Assembly: GCA_048882485.1 (NCBI GenBank)
Contig: JBHLRP010000010.1
Location: 1 to 64,000, forward strand
Direction of reading: 5' to 3'
From: Candidatus Thorarchaeota archaeon
GTDB lineage: Archaea > Asgardarchaeota > Thorarchaeia > Thorarchaeales > Thorarchaeaceae
Length of the DNA: 64,000 nt
Made by a program: the position numbers and the translations under genes. Each line of letters starts with the position of its first letter. The first letter of the stretch is position 1. This document shows positions 38,789 to 48,438 of this stretch, in pieces. Below the pieces are notes generated by a model, which had not been told where the DNA came from, did no database searches, and was given only the letters and a program-made list of their open reading frames with translations.

Positions 38789-39418
38789 CTAAATCAGGAG
38801 CTTCTTAGCCACTTCCACTGCACTGACTGCGTCCCTTCCAAATGCATCTGCGCCGGTTTGATCTACAACTTCCTGATTGACATCACATCCTCCTATCATG
38901 ACACTGACCTTGTCACGAATGCCAGCTGCCTTCAAAGCATCGACAGTTTCTCGCATTACATCATGCGTCGTAGTGATAAGTCCACTCAAAGCTAAGATTG
39001 TGGCTCCTGTTTCCTTTAGCTTGTCAACGAACTTCTCTGGCTCTACATCCTCACCCAAGTCATAGACCTCAAATCCATTAGACTTGAGAAATGCAACAAC
39101 AAGGTTCTTGCCTATATAGTGGATGTCTCCCTTGACTGTTCCAATGACGACCTTGCCCTTCTCCTCTCCTGATTGAGTTTCCAAGAGTTTTGGTTCTAGG
39201 ACTTCTAATGCTTTATTGAAGATCTCTGCAGACATCACAAGCTCAACCAGAAAGTACTCGTTTTCTGAGAATCGTTTGCCCACAATATCCATTCCCTCTT
39301 TTAGGGCTTCGAGGATTTTGAGCGGATTTCTACCTTCAGCAATCTGTTTCTCAACCATCTCTTGGACTGTAGTTTCTTCTAACTCAGCCAAGGCTTCTGT
39401 GAGTTCATTCATAGACAT
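38789..39418 (-). CDS. Corrinoid (cobalamin-binding) methyltransferase protein
   Basis: GMDIVGKRF cap domain, GTVKGDIHYIGKN (DxHxxG), SGL and MIGG motifs. Confidence 0.9.
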   Translation of the reverse strand: MSMNELTEALAELEETTVQEMVEKQIAEGRNPLKILEALKEGMDIVGKRFSENEYFLVELVMSAEIFNKALEVLEPKLLETQSGEEKGKVVIGTVKGDIHYIGKNLVVAFLKSNGFEVYDLGEDVEPEKFVDKLKETGATILALSGLITTTHDVMRETVDALKAAGIRDKVSVMIGGCDVNQEVVDQTGADAFGRDAVSAVEVAKKLLI

Positions 39419-39539
39419 TGCACCATTCCTATTCGATTGCCCGCCAACCTTGCATTCTTCTAGGTGCTTGAGTTATTCATTACACGCTCAGGGAAGCTCT
39501 CATGCAGCCTGCCATATATGTCTCATCATGCTGACGGCA

Positions 39540-41144
39540 TTATAGAGGCATCCTTGCCTCAAGTGTAGTCGCCCGAGCGAAGATCTTGTCGAAGTTTTCA
39601 TACCTTGCCAGCTCAAGGTAGTTTGTCTTCTTGACAATCTCTTCAATCAATGTCCTCTCTTTGGTAGACAATAGCATTCTCTTAGCACCTTCTCCAGCTG
39701 CATTACCAACGGGAATCACCCTGTCTATGCCAATTGGGGGCAGAAGTCCGATACTAAGTGCATTCAATGGATCGATGTAGTTCCCAAATGCACCTGCTAG
39801 CAAGAGCTTGTCGATGTCCGATATCGCTATCCCCGCAGATTCCATCAAGATGCTTGCTCCAGCAAGAATAGCTCCCTTTGCCAGCTGCACCTGTCTAACG
39901 TCTTTCTGCGTGAAAACAATCCGCCTTTCTGAGTTGTTCTCTACTGAATCGACGATGATGTAGGCCTTGCCCTCATCTGTATGAATTACTCTGGTTGAAT
40001 CTAGCATCAGACCTCCGGGCTCAACAATGCCTGATTTTAGTAGCTGGGCTGTAGCATCTACAATAGCTGAACCACATAGGCCCTTAGGCAATACATTTCC
40101 GATGACGAAAATCTGAGGTTTCTCTTCTGGATTCGCTATTGACAGATGCTCTATTGCTCCTTCTTGGCCTCTCATACCATGTTTAATCGTTGCACCTTCA
40201 AAGGCAGATCCCGCGGCAGCAGAGCAACAGAATAATTCCCCTCGAACAGAGAGAACAATCTCGCCATTTGTTCCAATGTCAATCCCCAGTACAATTTCGT
40301 CAGTGGCATCCAATCGTTGTGACAGAATGAATCCAGCAGTATCTCCCCCTACAAATCCGGCAATATTTGGAGCAATGTATACACTTACCTTGGAATTAGA
40401 CTTGATCCCCAATACCTCTCCGTTGGTATTGAGAGCATCACGCACTACTGGCTCAAAAGGGGACTTTCCCAAGGAGGTGGTGTCCAATCCTAGCATAAGG
40501 TGATGCATTGCAGGATTGCCAACAATAGACAGTCTAGTGACAGTCTCAATGTTGATGCTAGTTGATGATGTCAACTCCATAATGAGTTCATCAAGCCTAC
40601 GCAGGACAATGTCCCTGAGGGTCTTCGCACCGCTTTCTTCAAGACTAGCATAAGTTATGCGGGACATAACGTCCTCACCATAGATGACTTGTGGATTGAG
40701 CGATGCCGTTTGTCCAAATTGAATTCCATTCTCCATGTTCATCAAGTATGCAACAATTGTTGTGGTTCCCAAGTCAATAGCGATGCCCATCTGACCGGCA
40801 AGACCATCGTCAATATGCCAATCCATAGGGCTCGCGGTCCCATCTATGAGTATCTTGGCTTTTGACGAATGTGGAATAACAACCCTTGCGTCAGTCAGTA
40901 TTCTATGTTCACAGGCTAGCCGAACACCCCGCTCTATGTCTTCTTCTGATATGTGTTTCATGTCTTCTTGTGATGGTTCTGTGGCTGGCTCCATTGTAAC
41001 GAAACACTTGCCACAGGTGCCTCTTCCAGCGCACTCGGATGAGATGTGCAGACCAAGTTTTCGTGCTGCATCCAAGACAGTTCTTGATTCCTCAACTGCA
41101 ATCCGCAGCCCTGAAGGCTCGAAGATGACATGTTTCTTTGGCAC
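39540..41144 (-). CDS. Reductive activator of corrinoid proteins (RACo/RamA-type ASKHA ATPase with 2Fe-2S domain)
   Basis: CAGRGTCGKC...RLAC ferredoxin motif, DLGTTT, DIGTNGE, GSAFEG, QLAKGAI and AGAFG motifs. Confidence 0.9.
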   Translation of the reverse strand: MPKKHVIFEPSGLRIAVEESRTVLDAARKLGLHISSECAGRGTCGKCFVTMEPATEPSQEDMKHISEEDIERGVRLACEHRILTDARVVIPHSSKAKILIDGTASPMDWHIDDGLAGQMGIAIDLGTTTIVAYLMNMENGIQFGQTASLNPQVIYGEDVMSRITYASLEESGAKTLRDIVLRRLDELIMELTSSTSINIETVTRLSIVGNPAMHHLMLGLDTTSLGKSPFEPVVRDALNTNGEVLGIKSNSKVSVYIAPNIAGFVGGDTAGFILSQRLDATDEIVLGIDIGTNGEIVLSVRGELFCCSAAAGSAFEGATIKHGMRGQEGAIEHLSIANPEEKPQIFVIGNVLPKGLCGSAIVDATAQLLKSGIVEPGGLMLDSTRVIHTDEGKAYIIVDSVENNSERRIVFTQKDVRQVQLAKGAILAGASILMESAGIAISDIDKLLLAGAFGNYIDPLNALSIGLLPPIGIDRVIPVGNAAGEGAKRMLLSTKERTLIEEIVKKTNYLELARYENFDKIFARATTLEARMPL

Positions 41145-41152
41145 AAGAATTC

Positions 41153-42079
41153 CTATCCTACTAGGTATCTCGGGTGTGGACGTTCCGGTCTGATACGCTC
41201 TTCTATCAAACTCCCAGATAAAGCAACATCAATCATGGCAACTGAGGGGAATACTACTGGGGCATGCTTGATTGGTCCATAAAGAACGAAATCCGCCCCT
41301 AAAGCTATAGGCATGAGATTGGACCCAACAAATGCAGGAGTCTTTGCGTCTTTTCCGAATTTCGGCACAAGACCATTCCACATTGCCACTGCATTGTGCG
41401 CTCCGCATCCAACAGGAAGACCAAACTTGTCCTTTATCATCATGAGTGCTCTACAAGCGAGTCCAAGGGTTGGAAGATCGACTACTCCTGTGTCAAACAT
41501 TATGTTGTCGACTCCTACACTAGTCGCCTTGCCATATAGCTCATCAGCGAGCTCTGCTCTTTTCGTGGCTGAAGTCATCGCTACATTGGAGAATGTCAGG
41601 ATGATAGCATTTCCGAGACCTACCTCTTCCATTTTAGAATAGATTGCTTCATCATCATCCGGTGTGAGAGAGTTGAGAGCAACTCTATCAAGTAGGCCTG
41701 CGTCCTTTGCAATTTCGAGACCGGCGATATTGACTTCAGCTGAGCCTGAACCATCGATTAGCAGAGGCATGTTAGTCACATCTGCTAGATATCGGAGATA
41801 ATATTCCATTGCTTGAGGAGAGGATGCGACCACATCAAGGACACTTGGAAGTCCAGTTCTCTCCGATATGTCGGCAAGTTGGGTCAACATCGTTTCAGTG
41901 CCTACCTTATCGATCTTTCCACTCTTAGCGTTCTTAACGAGTCTATCTTTGGAGTAGAAAATAGAGCCTACCATCACTGTTGGAATTAGGCCTGGAGTCC
42001 CGCCTATCTTTACAGATCCTATTTCCAATGTTTTCTGTTCAACACTATAGTTGTACACATTACAGGTCTCCAATTTCAC
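41153..42079 (-). CDS. mtrH: MtrH-family methyltransferase (methylcobalamin:pterin methyltransferase)
   Basis: KIGGTPG..PTVMVGSIFY, GLPVGCGAHNA and GADFVLYGPI motifs. No other mtr subunits are nearby. Confidence 0.85.
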   Translation of the reverse strand: MKLETCNVYNYSVEQKTLEIGSVKIGGTPGLIPTVMVGSIFYSKDRLVKNAKSGKIDKVGTETMLTQLADISERTGLPSVLDVVASSPQAMEYYLRYLADVTNMPLLIDGSGSAEVNIAGLEIAKDAGLLDRVALNSLTPDDDEAIYSKMEEVGLGNAIILTFSNVAMTSATKRAELADELYGKATSVGVDNIMFDTGVVDLPTLGLACRALMMIKDKFGLPVGCGAHNAVAMWNGLVPKFGKDAKTPAFVGSNLMPIALGADFVLYGPIKHAPVVFPSVAMIDVALSGSLIEERIRPERPHPRYLVG

Positions 42080-42196
42080 TGCATTACTCCTCTCAGTAAT
42101 CCAACCTACCCATGAATCTTTGGTTGAGAACTAGTACTCATAGTAAGTGTTTAATGATGTTGTATTGATATCCGGTGAGTCTGGGAATGTGAAGCG

Positions 42197-43531
42197 ATGT
42201 ACATCGACCAACAGCTATGCAAATCAAATGAGTGCAATAGGGACTGCATAGCGGCTTGTAATCGTTTACATAGTAAGGATCCATCGCTTGTTTTCGAAGA
42301 GGGTGTTGCTTATCCCAGAATTGTCAGAGATTGCACAAACTGCCTGAGTTGTGTTAGAGCCTGCCCCTTTGGAGCGATTTCTAGCACTAGAATTGTAAAG
42401 GCTGGAAAATTGAAGGACCAGCAAGAGGCTTCTCGCAGGAAGGATTACACTCGGCCTTATCAGATAGATGATGAGCTTGAGCAGTTTCCTGAAAGAGACA
42501 TGATATTCGCTCGAGTCTTCAATGATCCTGACTTCGAATACTACGGTAAGCATGCCTTCTACGGTGGAGAGGCCATGGTTTCTCGAAACATACCAGGGTA
42601 TGACCGATTTGAATATGAAAGAGCAGAAGCGGGTTGGAAGTTGTATGACAACAGAGCTGCTGTAGTAGGCCATCTTCTGGGAGACGCTCAAACTGACCCC
42701 GATTTAGAAAAGCGGGTTGAGTGGGGAGCTAGGAAATTCACTGATGAAATCAGGAGAGCTGCAAGAATCTACGGAGCTTCTCTTGTTGGCATCGCTGCTT
42801 TGGACAGAAGATGGTTGTACAGTGTTAACCGGCGTGGAGAGCCATATGATGTTCCTGAACGCTTCACTCATGCAATTGTGATGGCCATTGAAATGGACTA
42901 TAAAGGCATCTCGAAGTCACCTGCATTTGCAAGTGCTACAAGTACTGCAGTTGGCTATTCAATGATGGCCTTTACTGAGATTGAGCTAACGGCCTTCATT
43001 AGGAGACTTGGATATGGCGCAATCCCCTGCGGGAATGATATAGCTCTCAGCGTCCCTCTTGCTATTGATGCAGGACTGGGTCAGTATGGACGGCATGGTC
43101 TGCTAATCACAAAGGAGTTTGGCCCGAGGGTCAGAATTGCCAAAGTTCTCACAGATATGCCCTTGCTAGACGATTCTCCGGATTATGGTTTCTGTGACGC
43201 TGTAATTCGTTTCTGCGAGGTGTGCGAGAAATGTGCTCATCATTGCCCTTCGAAGTCAATTCCTGTTGGTAAAGATCGGGGTTGGTCTGGCGCCACCAAA
43301 TCCAACAATCCGGGTATCAAGAAGTGGTTTGTGAATCCAGAAACCTGCTATGGCTTCTGGATTGAGAATGGGAGTGATTGCTCCAATTGCATAAGATCCT
43401 GTCCCTATAATAAGCAAGATGGACTACTTCATCGCGCTGTGCTATGGGTTATCCGTTATTTCCCATGGCTGAATCGACTGATTTTGAAATTTGATGATAT
43501 CATTGGCTATGGCAAACAAAGATGCCCCTGA
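42197..43531 (+). CDS. Reductive dehalogenase-like cobalamin/2x[4Fe-4S] protein with N-terminal ferredoxin module
   Basis: GASLVGIA, AIVMAIEMDY, VPLAIDAGLGQYGRHGLLITKEFGPRVR, FCEVCEKCAHHCP, CSNCIRSCP and DDIIGYG motifs. Confidence 0.85.
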   Translation: MYIDQQLCKSNECNRDCIAACNRLHSKDPSLVFEEGVAYPRIVRDCTNCLSCVRACPFGAISSTRIVKAGKLKDQQEASRRKDYTRPYQIDDELEQFPERDMIFARVFNDPDFEYYGKHAFYGGEAMVSRNIPGYDRFEYERAEAGWKLYDNRAAVVGHLLGDAQTDPDLEKRVEWGARKFTDEIRRAARIYGASLVGIAALDRRWLYSVNRRGEPYDVPERFTHAIVMAIEMDYKGISKSPAFASATSTAVGYSMMAFTEIELTAFIRRLGYGAIPCGNDIALSVPLAIDAGLGQYGRHGLLITKEFGPRVRIAKVLTDMPLLDDSPDYGFCDAVIRFCEVCEKCAHHCPSKSIPVGKDRGWSGATKSNNPGIKKWFVNPETCYGFWIENGSDCSNCIRSCPYNKQDGLLHRAVLWVIRYFPWLNRLILKFDDIIGYGKQRCP

Positions 43532-43666
43532 TATATGTCAAAAATCGACACATTCTTGCCCCAAATGATTTATCGCTACAGCTGAATATCTCTTATAATA
43601 CAATGTCATTTAATTTACTTCCCAAATAGGGATAAACGCGTCCATATGACTGGAGACTAGGTTCCA

Positions 43667-45457
43667 ATGAGCAAAGGTGCGAGAAAACCATCTGGCTCTC
43701 CTGGCCTACGAGAGTTCAGAGAAATCGCAGAAGAATTTCCATTTGCAGTGTTGGAATCGAAGATGGACCTAAAACTTGTTTACATGAATGAATATGCTCA
43801 GCGCCTTCTTCGGGTCGATGACAAGAAACACATCAAGGATTTGTCCATCAAGTCATTAATCCCGTCTGATTACAAGGGCCGCTTCAAAGATGCAATTAAG
43901 GAGTTGAAGAAGAGCAATCAGTTCATTGTGCAGACAATGTCACTTCAGAGACTAGATGGAACCACAATTGATGCTGAGCTTCGACTTCAGACAATTGGCA
44001 AGGGAATAGCTCGGAGATTACGAGTCTATGCAAACGATGTCAGCATAACAGGGTCTCTCTCTCCAAGTTTCCCTTTCAACGAAGAAATCCTTAGATCAAT
44101 GATTGATAACACACATGAAGGCATTGCATTAATCGGCGATGATTTCAAAGTTGAATATGTTAATGCACAACTAGCCAAACTCTTTGGCGGAATGAAAGAG
44201 GATCTCATCGGGCACGATTTTAGGAGGTTTCTAACAAAAGAAGTAGCCACTCAAATGAGTGAAAGATATACTGAACGAAGAGATGGAAAGGAGGTTCCAG
44301 AAACCTATCCCGTTCAAATCCTCTCCAAGAATCAGCTGCCCCTGATGGCTGATATCAGAGTTTCGTTGGTTAGAGCTTCCGATGGGTCCACAAAAACCCT
44401 CGTACACATCCTCGATATCACTGATAGACGTAGGGAACAGGAAGCTCTCGCGGAAACCGAGGAGCGCTATCGAGTTCTTGTTGAAACCATGAATGACGGA
44501 TTGGCCATTGATGATGAAAAGAGCAGGCTTGTCTATGCCAATGAAGCATTCTGCGAAATGCTGGGCAGAACGCAGAAGGAACTGCTGGGTCAGGAGTGGG
44601 TTCAATTCGTCAAAGATCGAGGTCCAGGTTGGGTAAAAACCATGGTTGCTGAGCGGCGTTCTGGGAAAGGAGCTCGCTATGAACTTGAATGGGTACGGAA
44701 AGATGGGGAAACAGTTCCGACCATCATCTCAGCCACGCCATTATTTGGAGACGACGATATCTTCGATGGAACCTTCGCTGTTATCACAGAGATAACCGCA
44801 CAAAGGGAGGCGGAGGATACAATTCAATTCTATCTGGATTTGCTTACTCATGATGTTGCGAACCAGCTTCAGGTGATCATCACAGCATCCGGCCTCCTGG
44901 ATGTTGACTTACCAAGATCATATCTTGTTGACGCTCAAAACGACATCTTGGACGCCGTAGAACGGTGCAACAGACTCATTACAAAAGTAAAGCGCGCAGG
45001 AGAGTTTAGAAGACTTCCAACAACGAAAATTGAGCTTACAAGCATATTGGATGAGAAAATTAACACATTGGCACGAGTCCATGGTGCAACAGTTTTCCTT
45101 GAAGATATCGAGGCTCCTATATTCGTCAAAGCAGATACATTGCTTGGAGAGTTAATATGGAACCTTCTTGAGAATGCGGCGCGACATAATCCAAAAGAGA
45201 AGCCCCGAATCTGGGTTGGCGGCAGTAGGGAAAACGGGATGTACAAACTATCAATCTCTGATGACGGTCCTGGCATAAGCAGTGCCCGAAAGAAGACAAT
45301 CTTTGACAAGCGAAAACATTCTGGCGGTGTTGGTCTGACTCTTGTGGCTCAGATGGTTCGCAAATATGGCGGGTCAATCGAAGTACAAGACCGTGTGCAG
45401 GGAAAACCGAGTCATGGTGCAAAATTCATTATCTCTTTGCATGAACTAGAGATCTAG
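43667..45457 (+). CDS. Cytoplasmic multi-PAS sensor histidine kinase
   Basis: Three PAS-like domains, LLTHDVANQL H-box, NLLENA, DDGPGI and GVGL motifs. Confidence 0.9.
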   Translation: MSKGARKPSGSPGLREFREIAEEFPFAVLESKMDLKLVYMNEYAQRLLRVDDKKHIKDLSIKSLIPSDYKGRFKDAIKELKKSNQFIVQTMSLQRLDGTTIDAELRLQTIGKGIARRLRVYANDVSITGSLSPSFPFNEEILRSMIDNTHEGIALIGDDFKVEYVNAQLAKLFGGMKEDLIGHDFRRFLTKEVATQMSERYTERRDGKEVPETYPVQILSKNQLPLMADIRVSLVRASDGSTKTLVHILDITDRRREQEALAETEERYRVLVETMNDGLAIDDEKSRLVYANEAFCEMLGRTQKELLGQEWVQFVKDRGPGWVKTMVAERRSGKGARYELEWVRKDGETVPTIISATPLFGDDDIFDGTFAVITEITAQREAEDTIQFYLDLLTHDVANQLQVIITASGLLDVDLPRSYLVDAQNDILDAVERCNRLITKVKRAGEFRRLPTTKIELTSILDEKINTLARVHGATVFLEDIEAPIFVKADTLLGELIWNLLENAARHNPKEKPRIWVGGSRENGMYKLSISDDGPGISSARKKTIFDKRKHSGGVGLTLVAQMVRKYGGSIEVQDRVQGKPSHGAKFIISLHELEI

Positions 45458-45474
45458 TTCAACAAAATCCGATT

Positions 45475-45744
45475 TCAACTAATTAGACGCTTAATTCGGT
45501 CATAGAGCGATTCGAAGAATTCCTTCTTCCTAATGTCCTTATTTACATCAAAGAAACTGGTCTTAATGCGGTACAGCTTTCTCTTCAGATCCTGATACTT
45601 CTTTAGTCTGCCTCGATGGACATTCTTCTCAAAGACATCTGCCACAGCCTCAGGAAAGTCATCGATATACTGACACTGTTTCAGTTGAATGTGAAAAAGA
45701 GTGCTCTGAATTATTGCGTTTCTGTTGGTACTCTGACTCACCAT
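45475..45744 (-). CDS. Hypothetical protein
   Basis: 89-aa ORF in an otherwise unoccupied gap. Confidence 0.5.
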   Translation of the reverse strand: MVSQSTNRNAIIQSTLFHIQLKQCQYIDDFPEAVADVFEKNVHRGRLKKYQDLKRKLYRIKTSFFDVNKDIRKKEFFESLYDRIKRLIS

Positions 45745-45942
45745 TGCACACGTCCCCGCTTATGATGACCTAATAGTTCCTCTTAAAGGTTATAGTAACG
45801 TCCTTCGAGATTTCGAGCTATTCTGTTCTTATTCGAATAGTCTCACTAGAAAAGAGCATGTATTCTCTCGTGAATATTCACAGGTTTACAGGGGAAGTTA
45901 TATCCATCATATGTAATCCAGTGTTGAGGCTGGACATTACTT

Positions 45943-46635
45943 ATGCGAATTGCATCTATAATTGACATCAGCTTGGTAGATGTCCCAGGAATTCCCGTGA
46001 CAGTCATATTCACTGGTGGCTGCAATTTCGATTGTCCCTATTGTCAGAACGCCGAAATAATACCTCATGATTCCGGAATTGAGATGTCCATTGAAGAGAT
46101 AGTCCAGAAAACCACTGGAAACCTTGTGGATGGGTTCTGTGTAACGGGAGGCGAACCTACAATCCATCAAGACCTGCCCGAAATGCTCAAAGCTTTGAAA
46201 TCTACAGGACTGCATGTGAATCTGAATACGCAGGGCTCAGTCCCATCTATCCTCGAGAAATGCCTTCCCTTCTTGGACTCGGTCTGGTTTGACATAAAAG
46301 CTCCTCCTGCCAACTATACGCGCATCAGTAGAACTACAGCAGATCCATGGTCCAAGGTTGTGGATTCGATGAAGCTCTTGATCTCTTCTGATGTGGAATT
46401 CTGGCCTCGTACAACCTTCACAGGAAGTCTGCTCTCATCTGCTGACATCACAGCTATCGCTCACGAGCTTGATGATTTGGGTTTCAGTGGCGAGTATGTA
46501 GTCCAAAACTATGTGGCGTCTTCAGGGGTTAGGCAATCAGAAAAGGCCTATCTGGAAGTCCCAGATATTTCCGAGCTTGAGGCTGCCACACAGGATGTTC
46601 CCGGCAGAATAGAGGTGCGACTTGAGTGGCGGTGA
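45943..46635 (+). CDS. nrdG: Anaerobic ribonucleotide reductase activating radical SAM protein
   Basis: ISLVDVPG, GCNFDCPYCQN, TGGEPT and DIKAP motifs. Confidence 0.8.
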   Translation: MRIASIIDISLVDVPGIPVTVIFTGGCNFDCPYCQNAEIIPHDSGIEMSIEEIVQKTTGNLVDGFCVTGGEPTIHQDLPEMLKALKSTGLHVNLNTQGSVPSILEKCLPFLDSVWFDIKAPPANYTRISRTTADPWSKVVDSMKLLISSDVEFWPRTTFTGSLLSSADITAIAHELDDLGFSGEYVVQNYVASSGVRQSEKAYLEVPDISELEAATQDVPGRIEVRLEWR

Positions 46636-46725
46636 GCCTCAGCAAAAGGAATCCAAGAACAAACACACAGACAAGCTTTTAAGATTCAGATTTGGGTTTC
46701 AAAATAGTGGAGTGTTTATTATAGC

Positions 46726-47478
46726 ATGTTTGGTCCTACACAGAGTATGGGCTATGACCGAGCGATTACGGTGTTTAGCCCTGAAGGCCGATTATATCAA
46801 GTCGAGTATGCAACCGAGGCTGTTCGTCATGGGCCTCTTGCTGTTGGAGTTAAGGCTACTGATGGCGTAGTCTTGGCTGGAGAGAAGCGCTCTCCCCACA
46901 CTTTGGTTGATCTTGATACCCTTAAGAAAATCCTGCTCATTGATGACCACGTCGGAACTGCAATCGCTGGTCTGCATGCTGATGCTAGAAAGCTAATCGA
47001 CCAGGCGCGAGTGCAAGCCCAGGTTAACCGTTTGAGCTATGATGAACCCATCTCGATTCAATCACTTGTAGTCAACATTTGTGACACTAAGCAATTACAT
47101 ACACAGTACGGAGGAGTCCGCCCATTCGGAGTGTCGCTCCTAGTCGGTGGTGTTGACCATGATGGTCCCCAGCTATACACTACAGATCCCTCTGGCTCTT
47201 TCTGGGGTTGGAAGGCTGCAGCTATTGGCAGAGAAGCAGATGATGTTCGTGAATTCTTCAAAGAGAGCCTCAAAGACAAGGAGGAACTCTCTCTGCCCGA
47301 AGCAACTGACCTAGCCCTTAGAGGACTTCTAAAAAGTGGCGAAATCGCAAGTCTTGAACCTGCAGAGCGACCTCGAAGGGTAGAGATTGGAAAGATCGAT
47401 ATCGAGGAACGAATCTTCAAGCCTCTATCATTGGAGGAGGTTGAAGCGGCTCTTGGCTCAATCAGCGCAGAGGATTGA
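46726..47478 (+). CDS. psmA: 20S proteasome subunit alpha
   Basis: GYDRAITVFSPEGRLYQVEYA, QYGGVRPFGVSLL and TDPSG motifs. Confidence 0.95.
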   Translation: MFGPTQSMGYDRAITVFSPEGRLYQVEYATEAVRHGPLAVGVKATDGVVLAGEKRSPHTLVDLDTLKKILLIDDHVGTAIAGLHADARKLIDQARVQAQVNRLSYDEPISIQSLVVNICDTKQLHTQYGGVRPFGVSLLVGGVDHDGPQLYTTDPSGSFWGWKAAAIGREADDVREFFKESLKDKEELSLPEATDLALRGLLKSGEIASLEPAERPRRVEIGKIDIEERIFKPLSLEEVEAALGSISAED

Positions 47479-47492
47479 GTGTTTTCTTGAAC

Positions 47493-48389
47493 CTATACCC
47501 GAGCCTGTTTAATCATCCTGTCAACTATAAGGCTTGCAATATCCTTTCCAGTGACTCGAGACAATGCACTCCATGATGGTGCTGCATTTGCTTCAATGAC
47601 GCATGGGCCATCAGGAGACTCCAGTATATCTACGCCAGTGTAGTCGAGCTTCAAAGTTTCTGCAGCCTTTATCGCGCACTCTTTATACTCCAGATCAAGC
47701 TCCGCAATCTTCGCACGCCCCCCTCCATGAACATTAGTTCTCCATTCATCGCTTTTCCCTTCAGGAAGATATCTGTACATTGCTCCAACCAATTGATTCC
47801 CTATCACAAACGCTCGAATATCCCGATTTGGCTTTGGTATCATTTCCTGCACATACAAGACTTGCCCCAACTGATGAATGAACTTCATCGCCCTGTAATT
47901 CAGTTCCCTGTTCTGTGCTCGGATTGATCCTAGGCCTCTTGCTCCAATTAGTGGCTTGATTACTACATCACCGACCTCATCAGCAAAATCAATTGCAGCC
48001 TCTAAATTCTCTCCAATGAAGGTTCTTGGCACTTTGATGCCAGCCTTATGAAGTGCAGTCAGTGTGGCATACTTGTCCTTGGCTCTTCTGAATGAATAAG
48101 CTGGATTCATTACATAGATTCCTGCATCCTCAAAGTGTTCAAGTAAGCTGATTCTGAACGTGATTTGGTCACCATTACCGAAACCAACAGTTCTAACCAT
48201 CACACCGTCCAAGGTGGACATATCTTCATTCTCCAGGTGTGTAAACCTGTGAGGCAGTTCAGCAGCCACATCCGGGAGTCGAAATGGCCTAGGAATATGT
48301 CCCTTAGCTTTTATGGCTTCCATTAGGCTTGCAGTAGCCCAATTATTCACATTCTCATGATATACAATCCCGAATTGAGCCAAGATCAT
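47493..48389 (-). CDS. RimK-family ATP-grasp alpha-L-glutamate ligase (MptN/CofF-like)
   Basis: KDKY, VIKPLIGARG, YVQEMI, DIRAFV, WRTNVHGGG, GVD and EAN motifs. Confidence 0.85.
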   Translation of the reverse strand: MILAQFGIVYHENVNNWATASLMEAIKAKGHIPRPFRLPDVAAELPHRFTHLENEDMSTLDGVMVRTVGFGNGDQITFRISLLEHFEDAGIYVMNPAYSFRRAKDKYATLTALHKAGIKVPRTFIGENLEAAIDFADEVGDVVIKPLIGARGLGSIRAQNRELNYRAMKFIHQLGQVLYVQEMIPKPNRDIRAFVIGNQLVGAMYRYLPEGKSDEWRTNVHGGGRAKIAELDLEYKECAIKAAETLKLDYTGVDILESPDGPCVIEANAAPSWSALSRVTGKDIASLIVDRMIKQARV

Positions 48390-48438
48390 CAATCCTTTCG
48401 AGGAGGTCGTCTGGCTTGATGCGTTTTTCAATTTAAAG

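Noticed and set aside
38789-42079. Methanogenesis Mtr complex or a pyrrolysine-containing methyltransferase
   Set aside because: Only MtrH is present, there are no mtrA-G genes, and I saw no TAG-interrupted mttB/mtbB/mtmB frame.
43529-43585. Sec readthrough at the dehalogenase stop (C-P-TGA)
   Set aside because: The protein is already complete, the extension is short, and no AUGA-N11-AAA-GA element with pairing helices is visible downstream.
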